DNA of 64,000 nt from Dicyema japonicum (lineage: Eukaryota; Animalia; Dicyemida). Shown here in pieces: positions 1 through 14,325 of this stretch. Both the position numbers and the translations under genes were made by a program. The notes under the pieces are model-generated. The model saw only the letters and a program-made list of their open reading frames with translations. It was not told the origin of the DNA and searched no databases. The DNA is taken from the NCBI GenBank assembly GCA_011109175.1, contig RDEW01000059.1, forward strand, positions 186,001-250,000, given 5' to 3'. The first letter of the stretch is position 1. The number at the start of each line of letters is the position of its first letter.

Positions 1-699
1 TCAGGAAGGTTCGTTGAAGACTCACATAAAGTCTCACCATCCTGGAATTAACTGCTTCAACTTAGACAGTAATAGGAGATTTAGGATGCAGAAAATTTAT
101 GCAAATAAAAAAATGAAATTGTTTGGTTTTGTAGATAATTTTAGATCATGGTTCCCGTTATAAACGAACAGGTCATCACAACCTACGAATCTCTTAGAGC
201 GAATCTCTATATTTTTGAAAAAAATCAAATCCCAATATTAAAGCTCCTGAAGGTAACCAAACGGTCCAGTTTAATCTGGATGAACACTCTCCTTCGGGAA
301 ATCATAGTTTGGAGCACTCAAAGCAGACCTTGATCCCCAAAAACATCGGACCCCAACCTAATCTCTTCATTGCTCATCGTCTATATCAGCAAGAGTCATT
401 TTCCCTACAAAAAAATCAATATTTTGGTAGAGAGGAGGTTCTGAAGTTGAAGGAAAATGGGAGAGCCATAACTGGGATTTTATCTTCTAAGATTGACACG
501 CTCGTGGATTCCAGATTGAAGAAAATCTCTCAGTTTTATATTGTCGGAGTTGAATGACCTTTTTAGTTAGTAGATTTATGGATTTTATGGTTGCTTACTA
601 ATTCTAATTTATTCTAATTTCAATGCCAATTTTAAAAGTATAACTGAATTATCACGTTCAATATGCTAATGAACGAATCACCTGATGGCCTTTTTTATT

Positions 700-1730
700 A
701 TTAGTGTGGTGATTTTTGGCTTATTAATAATATTATGAGGGCGGAATCATTTGCCTTCTTCAGACAACGAATGGAATTATTGTCCCAGATATTTGAATGA
801 GGACCTATGTTCTCTTGAATTCCTAGATGTGGAATAAGGGAGTCCTTAAACGACAAAAAATGCTTCTGAGCAAGGTTCGTCGACAGATTGATCCTTTTGG
901 ACAAGCATTTTGGACTTTTTATGCTAAAAGCTGTCTCCTGCTTCCAACATGCTTTTCACCTTCGAAGTTATCCTTGTTATGATGAATAGAATTTCCTATC
1001 TCTGCTTGATAATGAAATTATACATCCCTCGAAACGAATTTAAACATACATGACTATGGATGGCTTCACGCAAAGTTTGTTTTGGAAGATTGGGAATCAC
1101 CGTACCTTCGGATGATGCATTAAGTGAATATTTGTCTTCTTATAGCTCCTCGAAGAATTTGATGGATATGGTCCTCAACTCTTATTCTGGACTGAATGAA
1201 TCTATGACACCGTCAGGAGCTGTAGATTGTGGAAGGTTTCAGCTGATCCTTAGTGACCCTTTGATCATTGAGCCGATCAGACGGATTAGATTGTCTCTTT
1301 GTGGGCCAAAGATTCTTGACGTCTCAAAAGCAAATGGGACAAACAAGTGAACTCCATAATGCTTTGGTACTTCTTTTCTGATCCTCGGCTCGCTCTTGAA
1401 ACATACCTGGATCAGAGACAGAAGCGACAAATTTTTCGGGATCATGTATCGTCCAAAGCAGGTTCCAACAATTAGAAAAAGGGAATTTTTCATCCCGTCT
1501 TCCTTTGATGGTTTCATTGGATTTTTTCATCCCGTCTTCCTTTTGATGGCACCTTACAAAGGATACGCCCAATTCCTGGCGGGCATTCAAAAATATCCAA
1601 CTATTCATTTCCCTGGGGGACAATTTTGTTTCCTGGTACGGGTTCTGGAATCGACGTTCTCTGGATCACTGTTCTTGTGTGAAGGTTCTTCTGGAACGCT
1701 TCATAATCACGGAATTAGTTAATTTGGTTT
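700..1730 (-). mobile_element. CRE-like non-LTR retrotransposon relic (restriction-like endonuclease region)
   Basis: HLFVPFAFETSRIFGPQ..LIRLIGSMI resembles the CRE-type FVPxAxETxGxWGP motif. A related copy lies at about 49310-49520. Confidence 0.55.
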
Positions 1731-2195
1731 TACCCTCGTCTTTGGAAAATTTTATTTATTACAACATATTGGATTTGGAGGTCTAAGTCTTCATTTGGAT
1801 AAACGGTAATTTCCGTTACATCTGAGAGTTATTCGCCAATTACGGGCCAAGAGGATCACTATGCAAAGCTAAGGTATTGATGTAACGTGTTGAGTTCAGT
1901 TAGCTAGTCTTGATTAAACAAACTAAGGCTTCATAGCTGTAACACTACCTGGTTTCGAATCATCACCCTACCGGGTACTTAATGTTTTCTGTTTCATATT
2001 TTCCCTCCTTTTAATAGACTGGCTTCATGTGATCTACTTCTCTCAGATGATGTCCAATGCCAGGGTAGTACGACATTTACTCCCCTAGCCAATTGGAGTT
2101 CCCACAACTGAAAGAACTGCTTTCTTTTCTTCCAGTGGTTCTGAGTGGATTTTGATATTATCTCTGCTACCGAATACATCAATTATACAGTACAA

Positions 2196-2500
2196 CAGTG
2201 CCGGCAAGCGGCCTGATGGTCCCTAGTACATTCCGGCTGAAGGTTCCATGCATCTACGATGTTTAGGCTTGACGCGTGACGCCCTCATCAGTGAACATCT
2301 CACTGCGGAACCGGTTCGTCTACTAAAGGACTCACAACCAACAAAAAGAAAAAAAAAGTGAAGAGCATTCCTTGGTTCTCCCTCTGTTCTTTACCTTAAA
2401 ATAAAGTGTATCCCACCTGGGAGAAGCGATAGCTAAGATGGCTCTTCGTAGAGTGCCACGTTATTAACTTCTGGGGGTACGTGGGATTAATAAATTATTG
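2196..2500 (+). mobile_element. SINE family A copy (tRNA head missing)
   Basis: Core GAAGGTTCCAYGCATCTACGATG...CAGTGAACATCTCACTGC...AAAGGACTCACA...AAAAAGAAAAAAGTGAAGAG...AAATAAAGTGT, shared with 27190-27380, 38590-38820, 47200-47495 and 52691-52800. Confidence 0.75.
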
Positions 2501-2799
2501 ATAGTAAGTATTAGTTAAGACTACTGGGAGATTTGCAGAATGATTTCACAGTAAATATTAATTCCCCGGAGAAATACGTCTGCGTTAAGGTACTCGTCGT
2601 GATCATGAAGCAGAATTGGACGGAGAGAGATAACGATGACCGCGGGAGGTGGAATCTCTCAGTTTGTATGATAGTTTCTAATGTTGCATGGGTGAAACTA
2701 TCTACAATCAGGCCTCGTTTAGGGAGAAACCCAAAACGGAGAAAACATCGATTTTGGAGAAATTTTATAATTTTAATAGTAATAATAATTTTTTAGTAA

Positions 2800-3010
2800 T
2801 AAACCCCCATATTTAATAACGAAATTAAACTCAGCTTTATTTAACCAACCAAAGAGTTAATATTTAACAATCAACAACCTTCCTCGCCAGCCTGCAAGGC
2901 AGGTTCGATTCTGGTTGCTGAAACAGCTGCGAGAGCTCCTTGTTTAATTAAGCCCTTTGCCCATATCATCTCCGTGCCCTGCCTCCCATACTCCAATGAT
3001 TTCAGGGTAT
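2800..3010 (-). mobile_element. 3' end of R4/Dong-like retrotransposon
   Basis: Aligns by eye with 50195-50345 (TTCGATTCTGGTTGCTGAAACA etc.), the 3' end of the R4-like element. Confidence 0.75.
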
Positions 3011-3014
3011 AGAA

Positions 3015-4300
3015 TAAAAGTATTTTATAAGGATAATAAACTGATGAGCTCTCCAAGGTTAAGACTATCATTAAAAAACGCTATGAAGTTTTTGGAGACA
3101 CGAAAATGGTCGTCTGCGAGAAACTCTACGTGGAATCAAGGTGGTGGAGTTTTTAAAATACTTCGGAACTGCTTTGGAGAAAAAAATTTATTGGAGAAAA
3201 AAATCTCAATTCATGAATCAAGAAAATCCTTTAGACGAGATAAATTTTGTTTTGAGCTGAACAAGAGGAGGTTTTATCGGAGGCTCAACGATGACGTCAA
3301 TAATAGTGATTGTAAAGTTGCAGAAGATGAGTGCGTGTCATTTTGGAAAGATGTATGGGAAAAGGATCAGAATTATTCTCAGAGAAATTTGTTGGGAGGC
3401 GAATGACAGGAGCAGATGAGTTACCGTTAGATATGACAGTTGAGTTCGTTAAGAACATTATTCACTATACGCCGAATTAAAGAGCTCTGGCTGTGATGGA
3501 GTATATGGATTTTTTGTCAAGAAATTTGATTCTCTTCATAGTTATCTGAGTAGAAAGATTATCAAGATAGTGAGTCGTAAATATTGCCCGGAAGAATGAT
3601 TCTATACAGGATTACGTACCTCATTCCGAAAAAAGAAGAATGCTGTTCTCCGAATGACTTACGACCAATTACGTGCATGCCTATATTGTACAAACTTGTC
3701 ACAAAATGTGTTAATACAAAACTTATTATTGAAGGTTCAATCTTATCTCAGATAATCAGCTGGGAGCAAGAAGGCAGTGCCAAAGCAGGCTTTAATAAAT
3801 CAGTGTGTTAATGCTGAACATGGAAATAGCTTATTCACAACATGGATTGATGTGAAGAAGGCTTTCGATTCTGTCAGTCATGAATTTTTGTGTCGGGTTC
3901 TTGATTGCTCTGGAGGTACGAAATGGATTGTGAAGTTTATCAAGACTCTAATAAGCAAGTAGAATGTTAGCTTGAACCTTAACAAAAAAAAGAATTGGAA
4001 AGGTCAAACTCGGAGAGAAATCTTGCAAGGAGATTCACTCTTTCCAGCTGTTTACTCTGGTAATGGACCCACTAAGCCGAATATTAAATATAAAATTCCC
4101 GAAGATATGTGTTGATCAGAGTGATCCGTCTATTGTGACATATGCGATTAACCATTTTTTTTTATTGACGACCTGAAAATAATTGCCGAATATGAAGATA
4201 CTATTCTAAATGATGGAGGATATTGATGAATATCTGGGTGTTGTTGGCCTTAAAAGAAACTGTGAAAAGTCTGCAACTAATCCGAAACTCGGAGCTTGAT
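3015..4300 (+). mobile_element. Decayed R4/Dong-like non-LTR reverse transcriptase
   Basis: FELNKRRFYRRL, TYLIPKK...LRPITCMPILYKLVT, WIDVKKAFDSVSH, ILQGDS, NHFFFIDDLK; many stops and frameshifts. Confidence 0.88.
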
Positions 4301-5040
4301 AGAGTTAGCAAGTTGTGGGGAGAATTGGGCTTGGAATTCCCGTCGAACTTTGCTTGCCAGAAGAGTTGGGATTCAATTGCATGTATGAGCACTCTGGAGG
4401 CCGCGAAGACAAGCGCTAACCAACACCGACTAGCAATCATTAAGTCGGCCGCACTTCGCGGAAATAGAGTCTGGCTCGAGGCCCTACCATGCCCACATCT
4501 GGGGGCCCAGGATCGAAAACAGTCTGAGGATCGGGGTGGCATTGCGCCTAAGACTGGACATATGCCAGAGACACAAATTTCGTTGCAGCGGGGACGTTGA
4601 TACGAAAGGCTTACATCCACTCTCTTGCCGACAAAGTGCTGGTCGAGCCCCGCGACACGCAGCCCTCATTGACATTATTTTCGAGCTCTCATGACCGCGG
4701 GATTTCCGGCCCAATTGGAACCTTTGGGCTTAGACAGAGGCGACGTGAAGAGGCCGGATGGAATGACGCTATTCCCATAGTCCCACGGAAAATCAATCGT
4801 TTGGGACGTAACGTGTGTGGACACCTTCTCAGGGGCCAGATCGCTGACGGCGACGCACTCTTCTGGAGACGCAGCCAACCAGGCGGAGGCCAAGAAGATC
4901 CGTAAATACGAATCCTTCGGAGACCAATACCATATCACCCCATTGCTGTGGACCCCTCCCTTGGCTCCATAGCATGGTCGTAACACCATTCAGCTTCTTG
5001 CCATCCCCTGTCAAGAATGATTTCATTCTTGGTTTGTCCA
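4300..5040. mobile_element. Two CRE-like RLE 3' fragments in opposite orientation (+ 4300-4600; - 4600-5040)
   Basis: Plus strand KTGHMPETQISLQRG; minus strand DGKKLNGVTTMLWSQGR..WGD..DSYL. Locally GC-rich. Confidence 0.55.
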
Positions 5041-5399
5041 GCGAGATGCCTCTACGCTTTCCTCGAGGATATCATTTAACGGGGAGGATCTAGATCCTCT
5101 GCTTCATCTAGCTTCATATTGAATTCCTTAATCTTCTTGGATCGTAACAGGCAGTGTATTTTGGTCGTTCCCCAATATCCTCGAGTCAATCGAAGTATGC
5201 TTTGTTGGCAGGTACCGTAGATCAATTCTGAGATATGTCCAAACAATTCTTTATTCATACAAAAATTAATTGATTGTAACATATATTACATAAAAGTGAA
5301 ATATTAACCATATGATTGAGCCATCTCTTACGCAGCACTTGTTAAGCGACGCCCAAGTCCCCAAACGACCATCGGATCCCACCTTTTCCTGGACAATTA

Positions 5400-6150
5400 T
5401 TTAATCTACTTGTTTCTAAGAGGACATAAAAGATGGGATTCTCTTTTTCGTTGAGCAGCAGTGGAGGACTTGATGGGCTCCGTCCGGGGGACCTTAAAGA
5501 TTTCATTGCTCAGAACACGGGTAACTCTAGCGTCCGGCTTGTGCATGCCATCACCAAACTAATGAGCAAGATGCTTTAAGGAACACTATCAGAAGATATT
5601 CGACACTTCATGTTCTTCCCAAAGTTACTTGCATTCGATAAACTGGGAAGAATACGCAAAATTGCTGTTGGCTGGTTTTTCGTCGGTTTGCCTCAAAGCT
5701 AATATGCTGAGCAATCCTGCTCGCGCTTGTAACTCAGCTACAACCAACCCAAATAGGGATTGGCAATCGCGGGGGCTGTGAAGCAGCAGTCAACACACCA
5801 TACATTTACTGAAGAGAACGAGAATATTTCTTATGTAATCGTCAAAATTGATATTGAAAATTCCTTCAACACGATACGACGTGATACAATGCCTTGTTCC
5901 TCCAGGGAATTGCCCGTATCACGGGATATTGTTCTACTCCTATGAAAGTATAGTAGTTGGATGATTGCAGCATGGGAGTCATCTGAAGGATGTTCTGGAT
6001 TGTTTGAAAATTATGATAGTTCAAATGGAATCTCTATGCCTGATTCTGAACACTTCAAAATGTGAAGTTACCAATTTTGAATTGTCGCAGTCTGAATGGA
6101 AGTCGATCTTTGTGATGTTCAAAGAGATCATTTCGAAAGCTACAGAAACC
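5400..6150 (+). mobile_element. CRE-clade reverse transcriptase relic
   Basis: SSGGLDGLRPGDLKD, GRIRKIAVG, LQPTQIGIG..GGCEAAV and VKIDIENSFNTIRRD match CRE RT motifs (QLGVGxxGGCEAAVH, KxDFxNAFN). Confidence 0.8.
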
Positions 6151-9100
6151 AAAGCCGAACAACTATAAATACTTTGAAAATCAAGGATGGGACCAATCAA
6201 CCTTACCAGTTAGCTTTGGTGGACTGGAAACCCCTCATTAAAGGATTTAGCGCGCCCTGCTTATCTGCCCTCCTTATTCTCCACTCAGCTGTTGATCAAG
6301 ATGATTCCCGTCCCAACAGAATTGTCGAAGATCAAAGATATGAAGCATCTGAGAGTCAAGATGCCTGAACAGAAAGACAGTTACAGGTCCACCAGCCAAG
6401 ATAAATATGAGAGGCTTCTGAACCAATTAAACCAACACCGACGTCCTGTCTAGTCACTGGAAGATGCGAATGGGGGTGGCGATTGGATCAATGCTCACCA
6501 AGCCGGTAGCGTCGGGACCCACTTTGATGACGATACTATCCGCACCGGTATCTCCATCAGACTTGGACTGAAGATTTGCCAGACCCAGAAGTGCCGGTAT
6601 GGTGGTATCGGATTCGAAGCCTTTAAATTCGGTCCTCTGTCTATGATTTTCTTCCCGCACACCTTTTGTCTCTTATGATCTCTGATCTTATTGTGAGGAA
6701 GATTCCACACTCCTTCCCCTAATTTTCTTCTAACCAGGAATTTGATCATCCACGAGAGATCTGGAATAATAACTACTCTTTCTTATCTATCCCCATCTTC
6801 GGAATTGCAGTGGAATTTGGATAATGTTGTTAGAGCAGGTAATCAGTCGAAAAATTGCTGAAGCTCACGACACAACACCGTCATGCTTTTCTGTTATCCG
6901 AAGGCTCCCTTGAACGTGAGTGTTGGATCAATGCCATCTCAAGTGGAATATCGAGACCTTTTTGAGGATTACTTGATCCGTATGAATTAGACTGGAGATT
7001 AGTGTTTCACATTAGTTCAGAATAGGTGAAGATATTGACGGTTTTGTACTCATCCACTCGCTTACAAAGGGAGTACCAGCAGTATCCTCAACCACGAAGC
7101 TTTAAACGATCGTACGATATTCGAATGTTCATTTAATTTTGGTTTTGTTAGAATTTTTGTTTTCAAATTTGATGACAAAATAATATTTTAAAGTAGAGTA
7201 TTTTTGTGATGAGAACTCAATATTAAATGTGTAGTTCATTAGTACTTTGATTATTGTACTGATCCGGTTTGCGGATCAATTTCCAAGTATTTTAAAGATT
7301 CATTGGAAATTGAATGTTTCATGTGAGTAATTTCGTCTAAGACAAATTTAGCAGTATTCGTGATAACATTTCTAATCTTCAATTGATGGTTTTAAATAGT
7401 AATGTTTGGTGTTAAAGAGGATTCATAATAGTTATATTTGAAATAATTTGTGAGGTGACTTTAAGCATTTTATATTTGACTTGAAAGTTTTCCTCATTAA
7501 ATTGTAATTGTTTATAAATATTAGAGAATTATCATTTGCATCAAATGTATCAATTGTTTTGTCAAATATGTATTATTTAAGAGTTTTAGTGTAATATTTA
7601 TATTTTTTATGTTTCATAATCAAAAAATCGGTTAGAAAATTCTTAAAGGCGGAAACTCTACCTAGCTGCCCCCTGTTTCATAATATCTACAAACATGTAA
7701 AAAGTTTGAGCCTAAGTCATGTCCAATGAGAAACGCTACACAGGATTTTCGATTTCGCCGGGTCTGTCTGAGATCACTTAGTTAGCTGAGAGCCGAAGAT
7801 TTTCACGTCTTAGTAATTTTCCGTTCCGTAATAACGATGATGACTTGTCACTTAATTAGAGTACTCTGACTCTTCATAAATAGGCATATCTGAATATATA
7901 ACACTCCGAAAAACAACACTGAGCTTGGTAAAGAAATCATTCAATGTAAACAAGAGTGCGAAAATTACAAAAAAATCCTCAAAGAAAGCCAACGCGAAAA
8001 AATCGACTTATAAAAAAGATTTCCATAAAAAATGTCAATTTTTTACTTCCAAAATGTCAAATCATAGAATTACAAGAATAACCTCTTCCAGCCGATGAGT
8101 ATAATAAGGGACCAGCTCGCCATTATAGAGAAGAACCTTGAGACTTCCCAGTAGGATCATATATCACAATTTAGAAATAATTTCGTCATCCGTATTGACA
8201 CGTGTTATGAACCATATGATCACAAGATCTTCAGATCTCCCGACACTGAGAAGCATTGAAAAAGGCTAAGATAAAGGTTAAAGACCTCTCAGAGCTCCAG
8301 AAGTTAATTGTGGAAGTGTTTTTTCTTATTTAATGATCAGTCTGAGAATAAACTAATATTATTGGAAAAAGAATGTCAAACTGAGACGACATAGTGAGGG
8401 ATTGATACTTTTTGTGGTTTATTAAATATTGAAAGTAGTTTAGAATGGAAATTTAAGTTGCGAATAAATAAAATATATAGTGCGTGATTCTCTTACCAGA
8501 TATTTTTTCCAAACGGTTTTTGACGTGTGATTATTTCTGGCACTTATGACATACTGATTAGGAAGCTTCGCATACTTTCATCGTCCCAGAGACGGGTAAA
8601 AATAAAAAATTGAAAATAATATATTTCACGGAAAATGCCAAATAATAGCGAATTAGATTTTTAGCAATGAGATATGATAAGGGATAATGTCAATAATTTT
8701 GTCAATAAACTCCCGACTTGGCATGCTTATAAATGTAGATATTATACTTCATCCCAAACATAGAGAGTAAGCTGGAGATCGGGTTTGTACACAACAACTT
8801 TATCCTAATTATGGGGGACTGTCATCAAAATATCTAATGGCTTGATATTTAATCAGAATTACCTAATTTAATTGAGGTAGATCGACTGAATAAGACCGAG
8901 AACCGGAGATTGAATAGATTCACAGGATGAAATTCATATTGGTCAGAATTTATCATCGTAAAAAACATAATTAAAGTTAAATGTTTGAGTTTGGGTGTTT
9001 GACTTTATTGTGATGAATTTTGTAAGAGAATTCTTAAATTCAGAAAGAATAAGCGGGATTCAAACTCGGATCCTTTGTGCATCCTATACTTCTTTTTTAA

Positions 9101-9944
9101 ATGATTTTTAATTCCTCCCAAGTCCATTTATTTATATTTAGATTACCTAGAAAGATAGACATAAATAACGTCAAAGATATCAGTTCCAGCAATCAACTGA
9201 ATTATCCAACGTCTGTGGTCACCACTAGGAAACAAAAATGCCTTCTCACATTCCTACAATGGAATCCGATTAAAAGTAAAAATTAGTTTTTTCCTTTGAT
9301 GTAGACAGACAAAGCGTGTTTCCATCTTCCATACAGACGCTGAGGAATCCGGATTCACGTCTATGGATTTTAGCGTCCGTAGTAGGGAAGCGATTGTTTT
9401 GAAATCAACTCCCGTCATGCAGATTCACTGGGAGTCGAAGATCTTACTTCTGGTATCACCTTGAAATGAAGAACTTTCAATTTCTACGACAAGCACTTGA
9501 ACCATCCAACGTTCCCATTGCTTAAATCCATCAACCTTAGACACAAACGGAGAACATTTACTGATCTCCAAGAACACTCATGAAACTCTTACCTCCAAAA
9601 AAGACCAAACCTAAACAAAATGTATACATGACTTTGCATCTACATGTGTGATACAAACCATCGAAGAAAACAAGATACTGGAGCGAATACCTCCTGATAT
9701 TAGAAGATGGGCTTACTAGCTTTGTACCTACTACGTTCTGGATATTAAATTAGGATGTGTAACTTCCAAGACTAGTAGAAGGGTGATTAGCAAGGAAAGA
9801 GGGGTACCGGGATGAACAGTCCAGGCCAACTGGCGGACTGATAGTACCTATTCCGTAACTTGTTAAATTGCTGTTAATTAATTGTTAATTAGTTGTTCTA
9901 AATGCTTATTTATGCTGATGATGTACTTCTGCTTGATCAGAGTA

Positions 9945-10780
9945 CAGTAAACTCTCTCAAATATGCCACTCTTAAATTTGCCAATTCTGAAATTTGCCAA
10001 TACTTAAATTTGCCAGTTTTATCGATTTTTTAAATTTTTCAATGATATTTGCCAATTCTGAAATTTTCCAATATTTATAAAAATTATTTTTATTTTATTA
10101 AATAATTTTAAAAATTTAAATAATATATAGCTACCATGGGTTATGAATATTCCTGTTGGAGGCTACACCAGAATTTCAATTGTTCAAAAAGTGGAAATAT
10201 TGGGGTATAAAGAAGCCAATAAATCAGCTTCATGTCAGACGACATGCAACAGATTTTCTTCTACTTTTAAAAATAGAATCTCAAGAAGGACAGTCAATGC
10301 AATATTAATGAATGCAGAATCGTTTTATCTCAGTTCAAGAACAGATAGCCTAAACTAAAAACATGTAAAAATTAAAATACCCGGAGCTTGATGGAAATCT
10401 AGTAGATTGAATGGATTCAATGGAATCAAAAGGTACACTAGTTACTCTAACGTTTAAGGTGCTTTGTTGAACGATTATCTAATATTACATAAGGCAAAAT
10501 TTTTCGTTAAAGAACTTTCGTTAACTAATTTTTACGGGTTTTTGGAGAAATTATAAAAAAGACATAGATTTCGAATGCGTAAATTACACAGCTAATTGCG
10601 CACTGAAAAACATGTGGATATTGATGGCTTTTTGGAAGATTTTGAAGAAGTTTCAGAGAGTTACTGGTCTGAAAATATTTATACTTCGGAATCATATAAG
10701 AAGTTAAATCTTAGGGATACTGTATTATCTGTAAAAATTGCATGGGAAGATGTGAAATTTCAAACTGTTTTAAACGTTTA
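9945..10780 (+). mobile_element. pogo/Tigger DNA transposon 5' remnant
   Basis: TA + CAGTAAACTCTC terminus, subterminal AAATTTGCCAA repeats (about 17-bp period), degenerate CENP-B-type HTH (ISIVQKVEIL...ISRRTVNAIL; GFLEKL.KRH). Confidence 0.7.
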
Positions 10781-13348
10781 GAACGTACAGAATGCGATGA
10801 TAGTAGAACTTTTGATTTTCCCTACCCGCTCTCCACTAGATTTGCTATCAGGCAGTGTTGTACAGCCATTCTACTTTTTGCGGATCTTGTTGGTAAATTC
10901 CTAATCTTCCGACTCTTCTGTTGAGGTTATGTATGTACTCTTTTTCTCCTAGATCAGAGAAATCCTAAATATGACGATCTTCTCCGCTTTTTCCAAGTTT
11001 TGTAGACTATTCAAGGAATTATGGATTGGTCATCTCTTAAAGAAACTCGGAGATTTGTTGCTTGAGATGAAGAATGAGTTGACTGGAACTGATCCGTACT
11101 ACTCCAAAGTCGAATCATCTGGTCACGTTATTTTTTGTCGTTATTAGCATTATATGGCCCTTAAACAGGTATTTTGGAAATACTACATTTTTGGTAAAAA
11201 TGTTGTCGTCAGTGAACATTGCATTTACGTACATTGCCCTTCTGCGGTTAGACTTTGACTTGATGAGGACTCTAATTATATGTGTGTTTAACAAATGCAC
11301 GTCTATTATTATTTTGGGGGATATGTTATGATGGCTGACGGTGAAAGTTGTTTGCTTTACTTTATGACTTTCAGATCACTTCTACATACCAAAGACCACC
11401 CTTTTCGACTTTTTCACCACAAGTGTAGCAGTTGTTGCTAATTTCGTAGACAAACGTAGTCGTTTCTTCCATAGTCGAAGAATTGAGACTCATCACTCGA
11501 TGTATTGGCGAATGTCTCACTAAGAGATTCCTGATACAGTAAAAATAACATTATTAAAGAAACAGCTTGGAAATATCTTGGCAAAAGACAGAAAACTAGG
11601 TTGCCTGATGGAGTTTCACCCAGTGGTTGAGAGTCGATAAGCTTTTCAAGTAATTCCTCATTCGATGGAATGCCAAGACCTCTAAAGAGGTTGATTCTCC
11701 TAAAGAAATCAAAATGGATTTTCGCAACTAGGAACCTTGGATCAGATAACATCAAACCAGAATTATTAAATTAGGAGATTGATTGCCTATACGACAAAAA
11801 ACTACTAAATGGTATGTTTCCGCCAATCTCGTTTGCATTTAGAAGAACTTAGTTGGCTTTTCTTCCCGAAAATCCACTGTTCCGCCAATTTATATGCCTT
11901 TTTTGTACGGCCGCAATCTTTTCGGAATCGGTTCAAAATGTTAATGCGCCCAGGAAGCACACGAATAGAAGAGGGATGACTCAAAGTACCGCTTGTATAC
12001 ATAATTCAGGAATGGATGTTCCCCGGACCTCCATAACCGTGAGAGGTTTTTCAGTAAGTTAGACTTTCTCTCAAACTTGCAATCACTTTTTCTACATGTG
12101 AGAAAAGCACATGTGCATGTCGAATGTAAATCCCAGTGATTGCTAAATGGGATTTCGGTATTATTCACCTTTAGCTCCACCGTTCGTCTACTTGATTTTC
12201 TACGGAGGAAAGGACCTAGTGAGGAAAAACTAACTGGAGAATGACCTACTAGCTTTGGACGTCTGCACAAATTATCTTTTATTTGTCTGACCACTTTGGA
12301 TAGTGGCAGGTTTTTCACCTCCAACGGTCGAAGTGAGAAGCATCTATCCAAACATCAGGTCCATCAATATTCGGCATTGTAGGGACCACTATTGGAATAG
12401 GGATCCGTTTTGGATTCAGGCTAGGCATTGAGATTGTACAGAGAAGAGAGGTAAACATAATGACAGAGAAGTGGTCTACGGACAAAAAGAATATGATGCC
12501 GACACACTTGAAGATCCTAATCAGAAGGAATAATCTAAAGTGATCAAGTCTACGTCTTTGTACGGCCATTTTCTGAGGCATCAACAAGTCCCACGTGGAC
12601 ATAAAAGTACAATCATTTGAATCGCGACAAAAGTCATAGTGCTGGTTCAAAAAATAGTCAAAGTCATTTACTCGAAAATTATTATGCAAATTCTGTCAAA
12701 AAAGAGCAAACTGACCATAGTAAGCCCACAATCGACAATATGGTGATTACGTGGTAGGTCTTAGTAAAGCTCTTGTTGTCACATTCAGTGATCTACTAAA
12801 TCAGACAGAAAACTTTCATTGTATCATACGGACACAATTTTTGGGACCCCTTTAAAAGAAATAATAGTCTTTATGGGCAGTTCATTTTCGAACCAGTGCC
12901 CTGGGGGTCATTGGAAGCAAAAAATGACTAAGAAACGTTAAGTTATTCAAAACATTGATATTATCCCCCAATAAAGAATTATATCGAAAATAGCAATAAA
13001 GTGAATATTCTAAACCATCGAATATGAGGAAACTGAAGACATAGAAAGTGCCTTGAATCGCGTTTCATGTCTTTCATAAAAGGAATCCCCTCTTTTCAGT
13101 TGCAATCAAATATATTCAGAGGACATTGTAGCTTCTGAGTCAGGTACGCCTACTCAAATTTTGGGACAGGTTTGGATACTGTTCGTTTAAAGAACAGGAG
13201 ACTTGTCTATTCTCCCGTTTATAATAAAAATGTTTAATAATTAAATTTATTATCGATTTGGTTGGATTATCTCAACTAAGGCATGAATATAAAGTGCATC
13301 ATTTAAATTTACGTTAAAAAATCACGAATTTTAAATTATTTGTGCTTA

Positions 13349-13822
13349 TTAAATTGAATTATGCTTTTCACCAGTTCTGTTTCTGGATTTGACTTCAAGT
13401 ACTTTTCTAGAAATGTTAGCGTGTCTGCCTGCAACTAATACTAAAAATACTCCATTTGACTTAATTTCTGGTTTTCTCTGGTTAACTTCTGTCTTTTCCA
13501 TTTCACTCACGAAAAATATTTTGATTTTTTCATCAAAAACTTTATTCTCTTTTTTTAAATTATTTTTTCTTTTCACTTCGACAGAAAATTCATTAGGCAG
13601 GTTTTTAATGAGAGATAATATTTGCTTATGGGACAAATTTTTGACTGGTTTGGAGTTTATTTCGACAATAATGTCGTTTTTGTTCAGTCCCGCGATATCT
13701 GCGGGGCTATTATCAGCCACATTTCCTATTTGATGAGTTTTCGTCAATCTGTGAGTAATTATTGACATCCCATAAAATTTTGAAGTTGACACCAGTTTTA
13801 CTACAGTTTCAAAATTGTTCAT
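13349..13822 (-). CDS. Single-PDZ-domain protein (NHERF/PDZK1-like), 157 aa
   Basis: ORF with PDZ hallmarks: FYGMSI carboxylate loop, VADNSPADIAGLNKNDIIVEINSKPVKNLSHKQILSLIK. AT-rich flanks on both sides. Confidence 0.8.
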   Translation of the reverse strand: MNNFETVVKLVSTSKFYGMSIITHRLTKTHQIGNVADNSPADIAGLNKNDIIVEINSKPVKNLSHKQILSLIKNLPNEFSVEVKRKNNLKKENKVFDEKIKIFFVSEMEKTEVNQRKPEIKSNGVFLVLVAGRHANISRKVLEVKSRNRTGEKHNSI

Positions 13823-14325
13823 CTATATTTTTAAATTAATTAAAATTTTATTCGAACAGGTTAACCACTCTAAATAGTATATTTAAAACAAAAATTATTA
13901 AAATATAATTTAATAAGATTTGATGACAGCCAAAGAACACAAGAAGGTCTTTCAAACAATCTCAAGTTCAGATATCTAAAGTCTTCTAAGTCTACTATGA
14001 AGGGGGACAAGAGGTTACGACATGAAGTTTACTAGATACTAGTGCACTGAGACCTTCCTACCAATTGACCTCTAACTGGGCTAGAGTGTTTAATGCACTA
14101 TTTCAATCAGTCAAGAACAGTAAAAAACAACCTAGTGATAAATGAAAAGGAGAAAGGATGAGAACCCTCCGATTAAGCAGAAATTGAGAGAATCAAATTC
14201 ACGAATCGTTGTTGTTTTTTTAGAATTTGAATAAATTAAAGAATACAATTAATTAATATTTTAGTTAAATTATATTTTAAATATTTAAATTTACAGTAAA
14301 AAATAACTCCATAGTTACATTTCAT

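Noticed and set aside
10800-12700. Cys/His-rich ORF pieces on the minus strand as a host zinc-finger gene
   Set aside because: Multiple stops and frameshifts with no micro-intron solution found. Probably a retroelement N-terminal relic, but I cannot assign a family.
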